DNA of 62,120 nucleotides, the filler included, from Choristocarpus tenellus KU-1152 (lineage: Eukaryota > Protista > Phaeophyceae): NCBI GenBank assembly GCA_964200185.2. It is 8 parts of 8 records of this genome, joined end to end, with 100 filler letters (N's around TTAATTAATTAA, not from the genome) between each part and the next. Parts side by side here need not be neighbours in the genome. Positions count along the whole stretch, not along the records: positions 49,293 to 59,120 come from CAXNAD020003359.1; positions 59,221 to 62,120 come from CAXNAD020023800.1; 6 more parts are not named here. One strand, 5' to 3'. The position numbers were made by a program, and so were the translations under genes. Shown here in pieces: positions 49,544 through 62,120 of the stretch (position 1 is the stretch's first letter; the number at the start of each line of letters is the position of its first letter). The notes under the pieces are model-generated. The model was not told the origin of the DNA. It ran no database searches and worked only from the letters and a program-made list of their open reading frames with translations.

Positions 49544-52137
49544 CAATTACGAAAAGTGTGTGTGGTTTCCCAAGTTTGGGGTTAGGGTTAGGGTTTAAGA
49601 GGTCGCACTGGGTGGTCATAAGTGGACAATAATATGAGAACAAAAACAATAACAATAAAAATATCAATAATGTGAATGTGAATGATAATATCAATAGTAT
49701 CAATAGTAATAATACAAATAGTAACAATACCAAAAAAATGATATCAATAATAATGTAATAAATATAACAATATAAATATCAATAGTAATAATACTACTAC
49801 TAATAATAGTAGTAATAATAATATCAAAAATAATAGTCCCTATAATAATATCATTACTAATGTCAGGAACAGGTCACCTTTTTTGGGATCTCCGATATTG
49901 ATGAGGGTAATACGCGCGGCCATGCACATTTGTGCACGTCATCTTTTGCGATTGAGGCCAGGGCAAGTGATGTGTTATGGGTCAGACGCATGACTGGCAC
50001 GCGGTAACCCCGACATGAACGGTGGATTCAAACCATCAAAGCCCGAGATTATGTTTTCTGCTCTAGCTGATCACAATTAATCATATTGAAGATTGATCCA
50101 CATGGCACTCTAAGGTTGTCAACATACACCAAGCATGCCTCAGTCTCGTCTTTCACTTCCTTTCTGAACCTCACCTCTGGTGGTTCTCATCACCCCCCAT
50201 CACACATAACCAGGCCCCATTACAATAATGATAGTTACAAATAATAATATGAACAATAATAAAATTTGTAGTGTGAGAGCCATCTTCCACAGAAGGTATA
50301 CCCTGAAGGTAACCTATCTCGAAGAATCTGATATTCATATGACATTTGTTCTTGCATGTTGAAGGTAACATCTGCTTGAAGTAAGATCGTTGGTTAGAAG
50401 GGACCTTGCCAAACCCTCCTCATTCAGTTACCATTTGTTAATCTTTTCCCGAGTGATCTTCTGGGGGATTGCTCTCCCTTTTGACTTGTCTCCCTCCTTT
50501 TCCTTGCCTCCTGTGGGTCTTCCCGCTTACCTTCATTACGAAGAACCTGTCGGCTTGTTTCCATCTATCTGTTTCGCGGTAGTCCCAATGAATATTTCAA
50601 CAATAACAATTATCAATAATGATATCAATAACAATAATAGCCACAAAAACATTATCAAGAATAATAATATCAATAATGTTACAAAACGCTAAGCATGCTT
50701 AACAGTATGGGATATGCAGCTTCAATCCATAACAATGTGGGCCATGAAGCTCGTACAAGGCTCCATGATGCACAATTCGTCAAGTATGCTGGATCTCTCA
50801 CTTCAACTATTCCCTTCGTGAGTATCAATCACCATATCTAGAAGGAAGTGAGCAACGATATACCTCCTCAATGACCATGAATGACTAAATGATAACAAAT
50901 AGTCAAGAAGTACAAACATACATAATCTAGGACTTCAATGTCATAATAATATTGACATCAATAATAATAACAATAATAACAATAATAATACTTGTGACAT
51001 GCTCTGAATTTGTTCTCATAGATAGTAGCCTTTTTAGTGGTGCTGAAGAATATGTTGCTTATCAATCAGGCTTTGAAAGAGGTCACTTGTGGTTGAAAGA
51101 GATATAATGCTCTGTGAGGAGCTTTGTTCCTTGGCCAATGACATAATACGAAGCAAAAGGAAGTGACTTTGTTTGCTGTGTGTGTTTCTATTGTACTAAG
51201 AACCTATTAGTTATGTCAGAAGAGAAGGGGTCGACCTCTGTGTGTTATGTCCTTTTCTTTCAACTGACTCAACGCTTACTTTGAATCAATAAATCTAAAT
51301 ACCATCCGTCTGTCTGACCCGACCAGTCCATGAGTGAGTGAACGGACCTGCACTGCTACACTAATCAACTATTGTCTGACATGGTTATGTGACAAGTGTG
51401 TAACCCTCACAAATGCAAGTACTGTAGCTAGGACATGATGGCAGTAATCTATATACGACCAAGACCGGTATGACCATGTCTTCATGAGGAAAATAAAAGG
51501 TATGGGACGAAGTAGATAATAGTACAGTCAAAAAATAATATCTCAGTGCCCGCCTACGAGTATCTAGCACCTCGACTGTTTAACTGGCTGCTTTCAACTA
51601 AAGGACTGAATCTATGGTGAGTTTGTTGACTGTGTCAATGACTGAATGCCTCAAGTTTTAATGTTTGTATCATCCGTCCTCCACTTATCTGATCTTGTTA
51701 TCTTGTGCTCAACCTGTTTCATGTGTTGTGATTTGTTGCAAACCACCGAATGAATAGTGTGCCACCATACGGTAATGTCTTCATTGTTGTACACATAGGA
51801 GGGAAAACGCCTTGAAGCACACCTTGTAAAGACAAAACGGTAGATACAGAAAATTCTTAATCGTATTTCAATTATGGGATGAGTACGCGCTTCTCTTTTT
51901 TCTGGATGCACTGACCTGAGTATGCATCCAGATGCAGACACAGAACACACCCCTTGTCTCCACGATTGCTGATAAAAGTGAAAGGAGTCCCACCTTAACA
52001 GAATTATATATTTTTTGCTGACTTACTAAAATAAACAAATAATATTGCCTAGTTCCTTCTTGTGACTGACTGGTTGTGCAATTAGGTAGCTTCCCCCCTG
52101 TTGTGACCATCGCGTCGAACCACCACTACTTGTACTG

Positions 52138-55100
52138 CTAATATCTATACTCCGAAATGGCCTTGCGGGGTATAAGCAAAAGGTGCAACTGCCCACATTA
52201 TTGTGAAGTGAAGCTTGGCTGTCCTCCCTATCCCAAACACTATATTCTACCACTACAAAGTACAAACCAACTCTTAAAATTACCTAAGGAATACATTTTG
52301 AATGTTACATGTAACAATGTAAGTTAAGTTGTCAACATATCCACAAGTATTGTACGCAAAACAAGTTGCGGACTGGTTATCCTGATGCCTCCACTTACAG
52401 ATGCTACACAGTAATAACTGATAAAAATAAACACTGAAATGCCACAACTATACATACTGCTACATGCACAGCACAGATCCAAGAATGGTGAGTCATACCA
52501 CTGAATTCATGCCCATCACCAACTCTACGGGAAAATAGAACCGTTGAACACCACCTTCACATACCCCAATTCACGAATGAACGGAATGTGCAGTCATCAC
52601 AACCTAAGAGGTTACCTGATGCACTGCCTACTGTACGTTTTAAACAATAAAATACAAAATATACCTGACCTTTTTTGGTACAAATCCTGCCTCAGTGGCA
52701 CGGTGTGTCCACTCAAACTTAGGTGTGCATATCACCAGGACTTCTCCTTTCTGGAATCTAGCTGGTAACACTTCTCGGTTGACAGCAAAATACATACGAG
52801 AATCTTCGTATCATTCAAACTTCCACAAACGTGTCTTAGAAATAGGCAAGAGGGGGTTGGGAGGGATAGGGCCAAGACCAGAGCCAGATGGGCCATGTCA
52901 TCCCTACTTGTCCTATTGATGTGCTGCATCGGTTCTCCACTTTGCTATATGCCTATTAGCTCCCGACCCTGCTCTCGCTCTAAGAGTGCTGCTTGCTTGA
53001 GGTAATTGTCAATGGCCACATTATTTCTAGCAGATATACTCTCCATCTTTTCCAGAAGGGCTCGGTTGGCGGCCTCTGCTGCGCCAAATGCAAGTCTGTG
53101 CAGCTCCGCCCTAGAGTAGGTTGGGATAGTGTATTCATGATGGGCGAAAGGATTGAGAATATATTGAGGCGATTTGACACCAAAGGTGTACCCAGTCCAG
53201 AACATCGATTTTGTACAGGTTCACCAGAAGTGTATAAATGTATAAATGCCTTCGATTTTGAATTTGGAGGTATAATGTAAACAGAGAAATTATTACTTGT
53301 TGATACCCTTTAATCGTCAGAGCTGGTGGATGGGGATGGGGGAATTTGTGCGGTGGGGCTTCAAACACAGTAGTCATGAAACTGTCCCACAAGTTACTCT
53401 GCATATGGAGCTCTCTAAAGAGGGGATATGGCAAAAGTAGTAGCAGATATCAGAATCCTGTCTAAAGTCATTTCACAGGGATCCCCCCAAAAGCCTCACC
53501 TTTGTACAATACAATTAGCAGGTTCTGCTCTCTGCCTTTGATAGAATGCGAGTATTGCAAAGCTTGGGGGCGGAGGAGAGGGTGACCTAACACTGAATCT
53601 ACTTTCGCCAGTGGTCCTTCCACACCTCTCCTCACCTCTGAATCAACTCCTTGTGTTCTTTCTTCTTGGCTCTGTAACTTGCATGGGCATACTCCCGAAA
53701 GGGACACAAGGGTGCGTTTACGACCCCCATTGCCCCTATAGGAGCAATCTCATGCGATAAGCACTGACCCGCCATGGAAGGCAGTGGCAAGAACGGTGAC
53801 AAGGATGCATCAGAGTAGAGGAAGATCAGAGATGAAACGCAGGGAGGGAATAACTGTCAGTGTGGTGTTTATTCGCACACTGACCAATTTTGTATACTCC
53901 CTCAAACCAAAACTCCTTCCTCACCTTTTCCACTCCAACATCTCTCGCCTGATGTATTCCCTTGCCAGAGCCACATAGCTGTATACAACTCTTTTTTCCT
54001 TCGCTGCAGCAATTGCAATTGCAGGATTTCTTCTCTGTGTGGCAAACAAGTGCATTGACTGGGAGTGGAGGTTTCCTCTTCGGGCTGCCCCACCCACACA
54101 CCCCTCCATTGTCTTCAATGGAAAGTCCTTTGGATGGCATTGGTGGTGTCATCTTAAGGGGGGAATCTTCCTTCAAGCTCTTCTTCTTCCCCACACTCGG
54201 AACACGACCTTCTTTCACTGGTGAGAGCCAACGAGGGAGAAACCTGGTTGGGTTTGTTGCACCCAGTCGTCCACCTTCCTCAATACGTGTTGCCTGTATT
54301 CCAACTTCTTCCTCAGCCACTCTTCCGACATCTTCCTGCTCCAAACCCGTGGCAGTCTTCTTGAGAATCGCCTTTCGTGTGGGGGTGCTCATGCAGAAGC
54401 CACCACTGATACCATGAACTATCCCAAAAGGACCTGGCATTTCAGTTGCACTGTCCAAAACATTGTCAGTGGAGATACACCCATGGTTAGATAGTTCGCT
54501 CACAGGATTCAACCGCAATCAACGTTTTGGGTGGTGGGGTATAGAATTAGTGGTAGGGGGTGGATTGATGAGCAAGTTGCTGTGCAAACAAAGTGCATGG
54601 AGTGCATTTTAGGAGATTGGGTGGATGTCCTTGGGCCTGCAAGAAATAGGGTGATAACTGATGGACTTAGACTGGGAATAAAGAGGAAAGCTACAATCGC
54701 TTCTTAACTTCCTTGCTGGTTGATTATCCCCACCAGCCACCACTTATTATCACCACTTTTTTTCATGCTGCCTTTTCTGTGGTATTGTACAGTGTTGCTA
54801 TAGATATGCAGCAAGAATCGTGACTACTTCAGGCAGTTACAATTGAAGCTGCACGTGGAGATGCGTGTAATTTGGCCACGTAGAATTGTATGTATAATAA
54901 AAGGATTGCACCGTAAGCATATGGTAATAATCTATCAGTTACTCCCACACCCAGGAACATAAGCACAAATCATTTATGATACACAAACTTGGTTGTGGAG
55001 GGCATACTTGAACTATCCTCATTTTTACTCTGGTTTCTTATTGTGCTCCAGAGCTGGAAAATGAATGGTTCCTAGCTCATGTCAAAGGGGGGGAAGATTA

Positions 55101-58100
55101 ACTACTTGTGGTTGGGCCAGTATCTCTTTCGAAAGTACATACAGTAGGATTGGACAATCAAGCCGCACCTACCCACCTCAGGCCACCCTCCTCTTGGAGG
55201 TTTTTACACTTTGGTGACACAGCAGTGTAAGAGCTCTTAACTGGAGATGGTTTTCCTTCACTAGGCCACACATTCCCTCCACCCACATCACCCACATCAC
55301 TGCTGCCATCAATGCTAATGTTGGCTTTGCCTCCCTCTCTCGGTGGTGTGGTTGCCATGCACTCTGGTTTGTCCGGGGAACAGTCAATCTCAGGTATCCT
55401 TTCATCAGCCAAAGACGCTCCCAGTTGTTCTGGGTCGTGTTCTGGACCCTCCTCGGCAGAATCTCTTACCCCTGAGTGCAAACCCTCCCCATTGGGTCGC
55501 CTAACCTCTTCATTATCAGTGGCCTCGTTGAGACAATCACTGCAAAACATAGTTGCCACACGCCTGACAGTGGGGAGGTCAAGTCCCTGAGATTGCAATA
55601 CCTCTCCCATTGGATTGCCTTTGTAACTCCTTGCCTGATCTCTCTCTACCCGTCTCAAAGCTGGTGGTGATAACAACCTCTTGAGGGGTTCTGAGGGGAG
55701 GCAACTGAGACCACAACTTTGGTGGTCGGCATGATCATATTGTGTTTGACCCTCCCTGTCCCACCCACACCCATTCAGTGTTGTACATGTGGCATAGTCA
55801 TTGCTGCTGCTATGAGCCTGAGGAAGCAATTAAATTAAGAGGATGTGTTCTTAACATACATCTCAGTGAGTGCAGTTCGCATATACTTGCATGTGCATTT
55901 GACAATAAACTACATACTGTTGTACCAAACAAGACAACATGCTAAGAGAGGATGCTACGGAGTTGGTGAGACTTCGAAAAAACGTCCATGCCCACTTAAG
56001 ACAACGGAGTTGTCGTTCACAGCACAATAACAATGTAATTTTCTCTTGCAGTAACAGGATACATTTACAGAGATTGAACACTTGTGGTAGTAATGCTTTA
56101 CAAGCACTACCAAAACATCCCATCCACCACACCAATGTTTTTATGATATCCTATGTGTATGCATTATTGAGTACTATATGGAAAAAAGGGGGTTATTCAT
56201 TCATATTCCTCCGTCCAAGTAGAGGGGAAGGTGAGACCCAAAGGAGGTTGCAGACTCACACAAAACCCGTCGTCTCCGCTGAAGTCATGTCCACTCTTTG
56301 CACACCTTCCCACGTTGAGGCGAATGCTGCCTTTGCGGTCACAGGAGTGCATTGTGTTGCTGGTCTCATCTCTACGAGGAGATTCTTCTCCTGAGTCTCT
56401 GCTCACCAATGGGCTCACGATATTATTGACATCGTCAGACGAAAACCTTGGAGGAGACATGTAATTGTGTGTTAGTGTAGGGGTGGAAGCTGGTAGTGGG
56501 AGGGTGCGAGTGGAATCAGATTCCACCACATTTCATGCTGCAATGGACGGGTTACACACAGTCTTGGGAAATAACGGAGATAACTGGAGAAGAGAGAGGT
56601 TTGGGGGTAGGATATATTTATTATTAAATTCGTTAAAATAATAAGTTCGGTATGATGGTTCAAGAAATCGACATTGCAGAGATGGGATTACACTCTCTCG
56701 ACAGTGGGCTAAGCTTCCTGCTCTTTTCTCTCACAAGAATGGTTACAATCATGCCACTGTACTGGAGCCTTTCCGCAGGAGACCATGATCTTGATCCTAA
56801 TCATCAGTTCAGTCCTCTCAACAAAATGAAATCCTCCTAAATATCACCACACCTTGATGTCCCCTCCAGATGCTGCGTGTTCACCACACCATTCTTATGT
56901 GCCGATTCCAATGCACTCAGCTTACATTGTTCACCAGAATGGGTAGATGGCAAGCCATAGGTATGGAGGGGGGAAGTAGAGGTCAGTGACAGAGATATGA
57001 ACAACCTGATCTCACTTGAACATGCATTATTGTGCGCAGGGACATTTTGCAGATAGATCATGGATGGAATAAGAAGAAATACAAGGTAACGAATATAACA
57101 CATCAACAACAGTCTGTATTACTTACAGGGAAATCCTTTGGATGCACAACAAGAGTTGTAATGTACTTACTTGAAGACAATAAAAAAGTAGCCTAAGAAG
57201 ACAAAAGTAGCTGAAAACTGCTCCTAAACTGGTGTCATGAAGGCCGTCTAGAACCAAGGGAAAACCCCCACAAGTCAGTCGCGTTCCGTCTTGCCCACTG
57301 ACCTGGTGTTTCCTGTTTGAACTGCACGACAAGCCTAGAGGTTGTTGCTTGTGCTCTGCTCGACAGAATAAGTTGCAGGCATGCTTTCACTGCTCCCTTT
57401 TAACAAAAACCCCCAGAACCCCCCTACCACCCACTAGATTAACATTTGGCAAGGTTAGTTTCAACTAGATCATGAAATACAGGAAAAGATACGGACACCA
57501 CTAGAATAGATGCCACAGGAGTACCGAGCCGTTTCTGGTCGTACCCTAGACCCTTGGAAGTACCCATAGGAGGGAATTCAAACTCACTTCCTTCTCCACC
57601 TCCCTGGCTTTCTCAAGCTCTATAGCTTCCATTTCACGGGCAGTTATTAGCCGGTGCTCCACCGCCAAAATTGAATGGCGATGCCGACGCTGAAGGCAGG
57701 TTGGTAGGATGGGTTGTGAAAACAATCAACGAGACAGGATAGATGTTAGTGGTTAAAGTTATGGATGAGGGATCAACGTCTCAAAGTTTACAGTACCATG
57801 TCATCGTTACCTCCACAACTGAAGCTAGAGAGGGTTGGAGATTGATGTGCTATCAACACGTTTGAATTGCAAGTTGTGCATGGGGTGGTGTCCTACAGAA
57901 AGACTTACACCAGTTTCGTACTCTAGCTGGTTTGTGACAATGACCTCCAAAAGAGTACTTGGAAGAACAAACACCAACAAACATATGATACACAATAATA
58001 AGTTCAATCACAGAGGAACTCTTATCAGGTTGCGTTTGATTAGGCAACCGACGATACATTGGGGTGTAGTGCAGACCTAATTTACAAAAAGGTCAAATCA

Positions 58101-59053
58101 AGTAGAAAGAGTTGCTTGAAAAGAAAAAAAAATCACAACGCCAGGAGGATGATCAGCTGACGGGTCAGCTGGTCAGAAGGGCACAACCGGTCAGTGAAAC
58201 ATAAATTGTAACAATGTGATGTGGGGCCGACAACAAAATGAAAGAACAGAATAATCAGCAGCTTTTACCTCAACAACTCTAGCACCCATTTCCTCAGTCC
58301 CATCAATGCAACTTGACTCCACAGAAACATACCTTGTGCTCTACGGTTGATTTCCTCAGATCATCCAGTTCGTTTGTCATGCGGAAGAAGATGCCACCAT
58401 CAGGAACAAGTTGTGGCACATACTGAAGGAAGAGGAAGGCAGCTTCACTGCTTGCAGAACTGACCACTGCCACTCCCTTGCTACTATCTCTCTTATTGAC
58501 AACACAATGCGAACTTTGACCCTCTGGAGCTGGTTGACTCGCTGGGTACAGTTGCACATCCAACTCTTGCAGTTCATTCTTTAGTTATATATATGGAGCA
58601 ATTGAGTTGGGGGTATGTGAGGTTGTGGAGTCAGAAAGTCAACGTTTTTGGGGTATAAGAAGCACTGATGAGGGCACTCGATCATTTTAAGCATGTGTAG
58701 GATTTACAAGAGAGGCTAGGGACAACACTAGAAGAAACTTATCCTTCATTTGAGAGTATGGCAGGGATAATTGTTGGAACTGAGAGAGAAAAGTGATATG
58801 GGAAAGTGAAAATTTGAGAACGGGATTGTTTGAGGAGGCTCGCCTGCACCCCTAGGAAGGTGTACAGGCGGAACCTTGAATGGGCAGACATCGTCAGTTC
58901 CCTCTCTGCCAGCACCTCCCCCAACCACAAGTCAAGTTGCTCCACATTATGTTTCCATTCGGAGCCTTCTTGAAACTGGGCGCAAAGGTGGAATAGTCCT
59001 AAACTCTTCTCTTCTGTTGGTTTCCCATCCCTCGGGAACTCATGCTTCATGCC
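52138..59053 (-). CDS. Uncharacterised multi-exon protein: PX-like segment, coiled coils and S/P-rich disordered region (5'-partial)
   Basis: Candidate exons 59053-58850, 58422-58333, 57689-57588, (57396-57303?), 56446-56260, 55817-55177, 54450-~53970, 53671-53636, 53110-52968, 52773-52670, 52161-52138. Most junctions are GT-AG and in phase. HEFP...VEQLDLWLGEVLAERELTMSAHSRFRLYTFLG resembles a PX-domain C-terminal half. Two junctions are unresolved. Confidence 0.65.
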
Positions 59054-59371
59054 CTTGGGTGGCACAGATTAGGGCAGAAGGGGAAGTAAACGGAAGGGGG
59101 TTGAATTGGGGAGATGAGGGNNNNNNNNNNNNNNNNNNNNNNNNNNNNNNNNNNNNNNNNNNNNTTAATTAATTAANNNNNNNNNNNNNNNNNNNNNNNN
59201 NNNNNNNNNNNNNNNNNNNNGATCGCAGACATGTACATCAGCCGTATGGGTGTATGTCCTCTACATTGCATAAACAAATTACATTACCCCTCTTTTTAGC
59301 TCCAAATAAACAATGCGTAAATGAGCAGAGTACCTTTTACCAACAGTTGTTTAACATCATTGTTCGCGCAG

Positions 59372-62007
59372 GTTGTAACCTTGTCTGCACAGCCACCCAC
59401 CTTTCCCTCACAAGGCTTATCGACAAGTACCGCAACAGCCTCGGTGACTCGGGGAATTGCATTATCCAGCACACGCATTGGCAGGTAAGAAGGTTTCACC
59501 CTGACACGACCTACTCAACACATACTCGCTGAATACCAGTCACCAAGTAACTAACTGCACGGTCTTTAGTTTTGGTTTGTGTGTTGCAACCTGCATGTAT
59601 GATGGCGGTGATGTAGAGATTGCGCTCTAGCAATACTGGAAACCTACCCTGTTCCTCCACGAAACGCGGCGAAATTGGCTGACATATTGGCCTCATGCCC
59701 ATCCCTCCCTCGCTCCCAACTCCCCAAACTGGCCAGGTCGACAACTGCGTCTCAGAGAACAAGATCAATTTCTTTCTTGGATACGCGGGGCTGTTGGTTA
59801 TCGAGATACATTTTATGTTGTGGGGCACACGCACATCAAAATCGATCAGATCTTCTCCAGGTAATTAGGCAAGATATATATGCAAGTTCGATAGCCACAT
59901 AGTGTTCGTATATGGACAGATACGGCCTCGAGGCTTGCATCCCACGCTTGTTGCATTCCTGGAAGGTTTATGGCCGTACACTGTAATTGATCGATTGGCT
60001 TTTGATTTCCCCACAACGAAATTTACCGATAAGAGCAGCTGCCAAAACTGTTCCATAACATACTCTCGAAACAAAACAATGAAAAAAAATGTACATCACC
60101 CAATTTTATATTGATTTTTCCATATACATGCATCAGAGCATGTGCGTGCATATATATCCTGCTTATTCACTTCGCTTCTCTTTCGCCCCCGCCTCAAAAT
60201 TGAGTGAAAGTATCTTAGAGGGTACAAATTTGGTCCTCTTTGTCCATGTGGGGCTTGGCTTCCCATGGGTTTTTATTGACATTTTACCTGCTCCGAAATG
60301 TTTCAGAGTAGGTAAAATGTATACTTTATGGAAAGGAGTGTCCAGAAAAGGGTATTGATATCTCCTAACAAACAAGATAGTCAAAATTACATCAAATTGC
60401 AACATCGGATTTTGGTCCCCGAATGGACCCGGCCCTACCCTCTAAGATACTTTGAGTCAATTAACTTGCTTGCATTTCACGTTCAGGTTCTCACGTGGAA
60501 TAAAAGGCAAAAACATATTCACAAGAACACAGCTGGGTGAAGAGCTGCAGGCCTCCTACACGGAGGTTCCAGTATACCACAAGACCCTGCGGAACGAGGG
60601 CAATTTCAAGGGACTCCTTCGCAGTCGCGTCAACCATGCCCCCAACATCACGAGCTACAGGGCTTTTCGCGTTGAAAAAGGCGGTGATGGGCGGGTGAAG
60701 GTTAGCGTAAAGCGACACATGCACAACACAGAATGGAGTGGGATAGGCGGAGACCTTGCTATGGACCCCAACGCCCCTCCGCACTACCTCTTCATCGGCC
60801 ACCCGCCTCATATCCAAGATGCACCACCCTACCAGCTCAAGAGCGTTCCCAAAGACTTCATCCTGAAGGTGGAGCAGCGGTACCAGGCGTCGCACGAGCG
60901 CCTCCCTGGTGCGTACCCACTGGGTAAGTCGATTTTTTCGTGAGGGGAGTTGATAGCTAATTTTGGTATTCGGTGGCAGCCAAAAAAATCTGGTGCAACT
61001 TTTGTACGAGGCAGCATTTGCAGCCTTTAGAAAAACAATCTTGAAAAATATTGCATTCTCATGTGTAGTGATCATCGCATGTTACAATTTAAATTACCAT
61101 AGATTACTCCCCATAGCTGTTTTGAGGGTACTGGTCTTGTACTCAACAAACACGATTCCGACGGAATATACACCCTTCCTCTCACTGCATGCTCCCCGAG
61201 CGCATTCGTGAAACCTCATGCCTGGTAACAAAGTAACATTCATACTTCCATACCGTTGATGTCCTCGTGCTCATGTATTCCACCTTCGCAGACGATGAAG
61301 TCGTTCAGAGAGTGAAACACGAGCAAAGCGAGTCTGTGCGACTTCTCCAATAGACAGGCGAACGAGAGTTCGACCTCCCAGTCCATTGGCTTCCCACCGA
61401 TGACAATGGCGCTGGAACTAGCACCGGCGACGTCGAAGACAACGACCAAGGCAAACGTTCGGGTGGGGGGGTTAATCTCGTTGGTAGTAACAATGATCTC
61501 GGTGGGCTCAAGGAAACACACTCTTCCTCTTCGGACAGTGACAAGGAAGAACCTGGCTCCCATCGACGGGGTTGACTTCGTACTACATTGACATCGGGGA
61601 ACCATGGAAACCTCGTCTCAGTGCAGGAAGGCAGGTTTGCCTTTTTTGTGGCAACGGAGGCACCGCTCTTGGTCGGCAAGATCCTAGCGGAGCGCGTCGG
61701 CGAGGAAGGGGAGCGTGGGTTGGATCTTCACTGGCTTCGGCCGACCAGTGATCACACACGTGACAATGCCGCAACCCTAACCCTTCAGAAATATGGCAAA
61801 AGTAGTCTTGTAGAAGGCTGGGTGCATGCTGGTGATAGATCCGGGCGAGGTGGGAAACCTAAGCGAGTTAAAGACGTTAGCTGGGAACCCGTCGCGGGTA
61901 TTGTTTGGACTTGTGATAAACTTGTTGGGAACGGCAAGAAGATTTCTACCAAGGTCTTGACAGTTCTACGGTCTGCTATCGAGGCGAGGGAAAGGGGTTT
62001 TTTTTGA
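59372..62007 (+). pseudogene. Intron-containing Sola-like (DNC..ENK / GHTH..IDQ) DDD transposase, inactivated (5'-partial)
   Basis: Exons 59372-59484, 59737-59860, 60487-60923, 61292-62007 give GCNLVCTATHLSL...HWQ|VDNCVSENKINFFLGYAGLLV...FM/VGHTHIKIDQIFSR|FSRGI...GNFKGLL...YRAFRV...GRVKVSVK...W. There is a frameshift at ~59818-59822 and stops at 61351 (TAG) and 61573 (TGA). Confidence 0.8.
60202..60458 (+). mobile_element. MITE family A, full copy inside an intron of the transposase
   Basis: GAGTGAAAGTATCTTAGAGGGTA...TACCCTCTAAGATACTTTGAGTC with a perfect AATT TSD (60198-60201 / 60459-60462). Confidence 0.93.
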
Positions 62008-62120
62008 GAGAGGGACGGAACACTACATTGAAGGTACGTTGTTAAGAATATGCTTTTTATTCATGTGCAAAAGAAGATTCTGTAGAAGAAACAATTTAAC
62101 AATGAAGAGACGGTATTTGT

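Noticed and set aside
49870-50880. Cys-containing degenerate frames reminiscent of a transposase N-terminus
   Set aside because: Too many stops and no catalytic motif.
4843-61353. Possible TAG stop-codon reassignment (in-frame TAGs at ~4843, ~26822, ~26930, ~46830, 61351)
   Set aside because: These occur only in frames that are decayed or unassigned, several with frameshifts or TGA stops as well. The intact 305-codon NRS/ER has no in-frame TAG, and TAG terminates the Tudor gene (33701).

Overview
This is eukaryotic nuclear DNA made of eight unrelated contigs joined by artificial N44-TTAATTAATTAA-N44 linkers, so no synteny can be read across the gaps. Gene style (many GT-AG introns, TTAGGG repeats, a flagellar KAP gene, the LINE type) suggests a flagellated stramenopile, possibly a brown-algal lineage; this is inference. 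Hand-spliced genes: a complete 9-exon nucleotide-rhamnose 3,5-epimerase/4-reductase (NRS/ER, 305 aa); partial KIFAP3/KAP; the 3' end of AP-2 mu; a zinc-finger + Tudor chromatin protein; an ADCY10-like winged-helix/TPR protein; and a PX-like/coiled-coil protein. Mobile DNA: 15 copies or fragments of two MITE families sharing one 14-bp TIR and a subterminal motif, with mixed 3- and 4-bp TSDs; a decayed plant-type mariner with both TIRs; an intron-containing Sola-like transposase pseudogene; and the 3' end of a CRE-like LINE. The most unusual structure is a fold-back mosaic of five alternately oriented fragments of the Tudor gene (28.8-31.0 kb), lying next to its parent gene and bracketed by complementary MITE halves. 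All coordinates and translations were done by eye.
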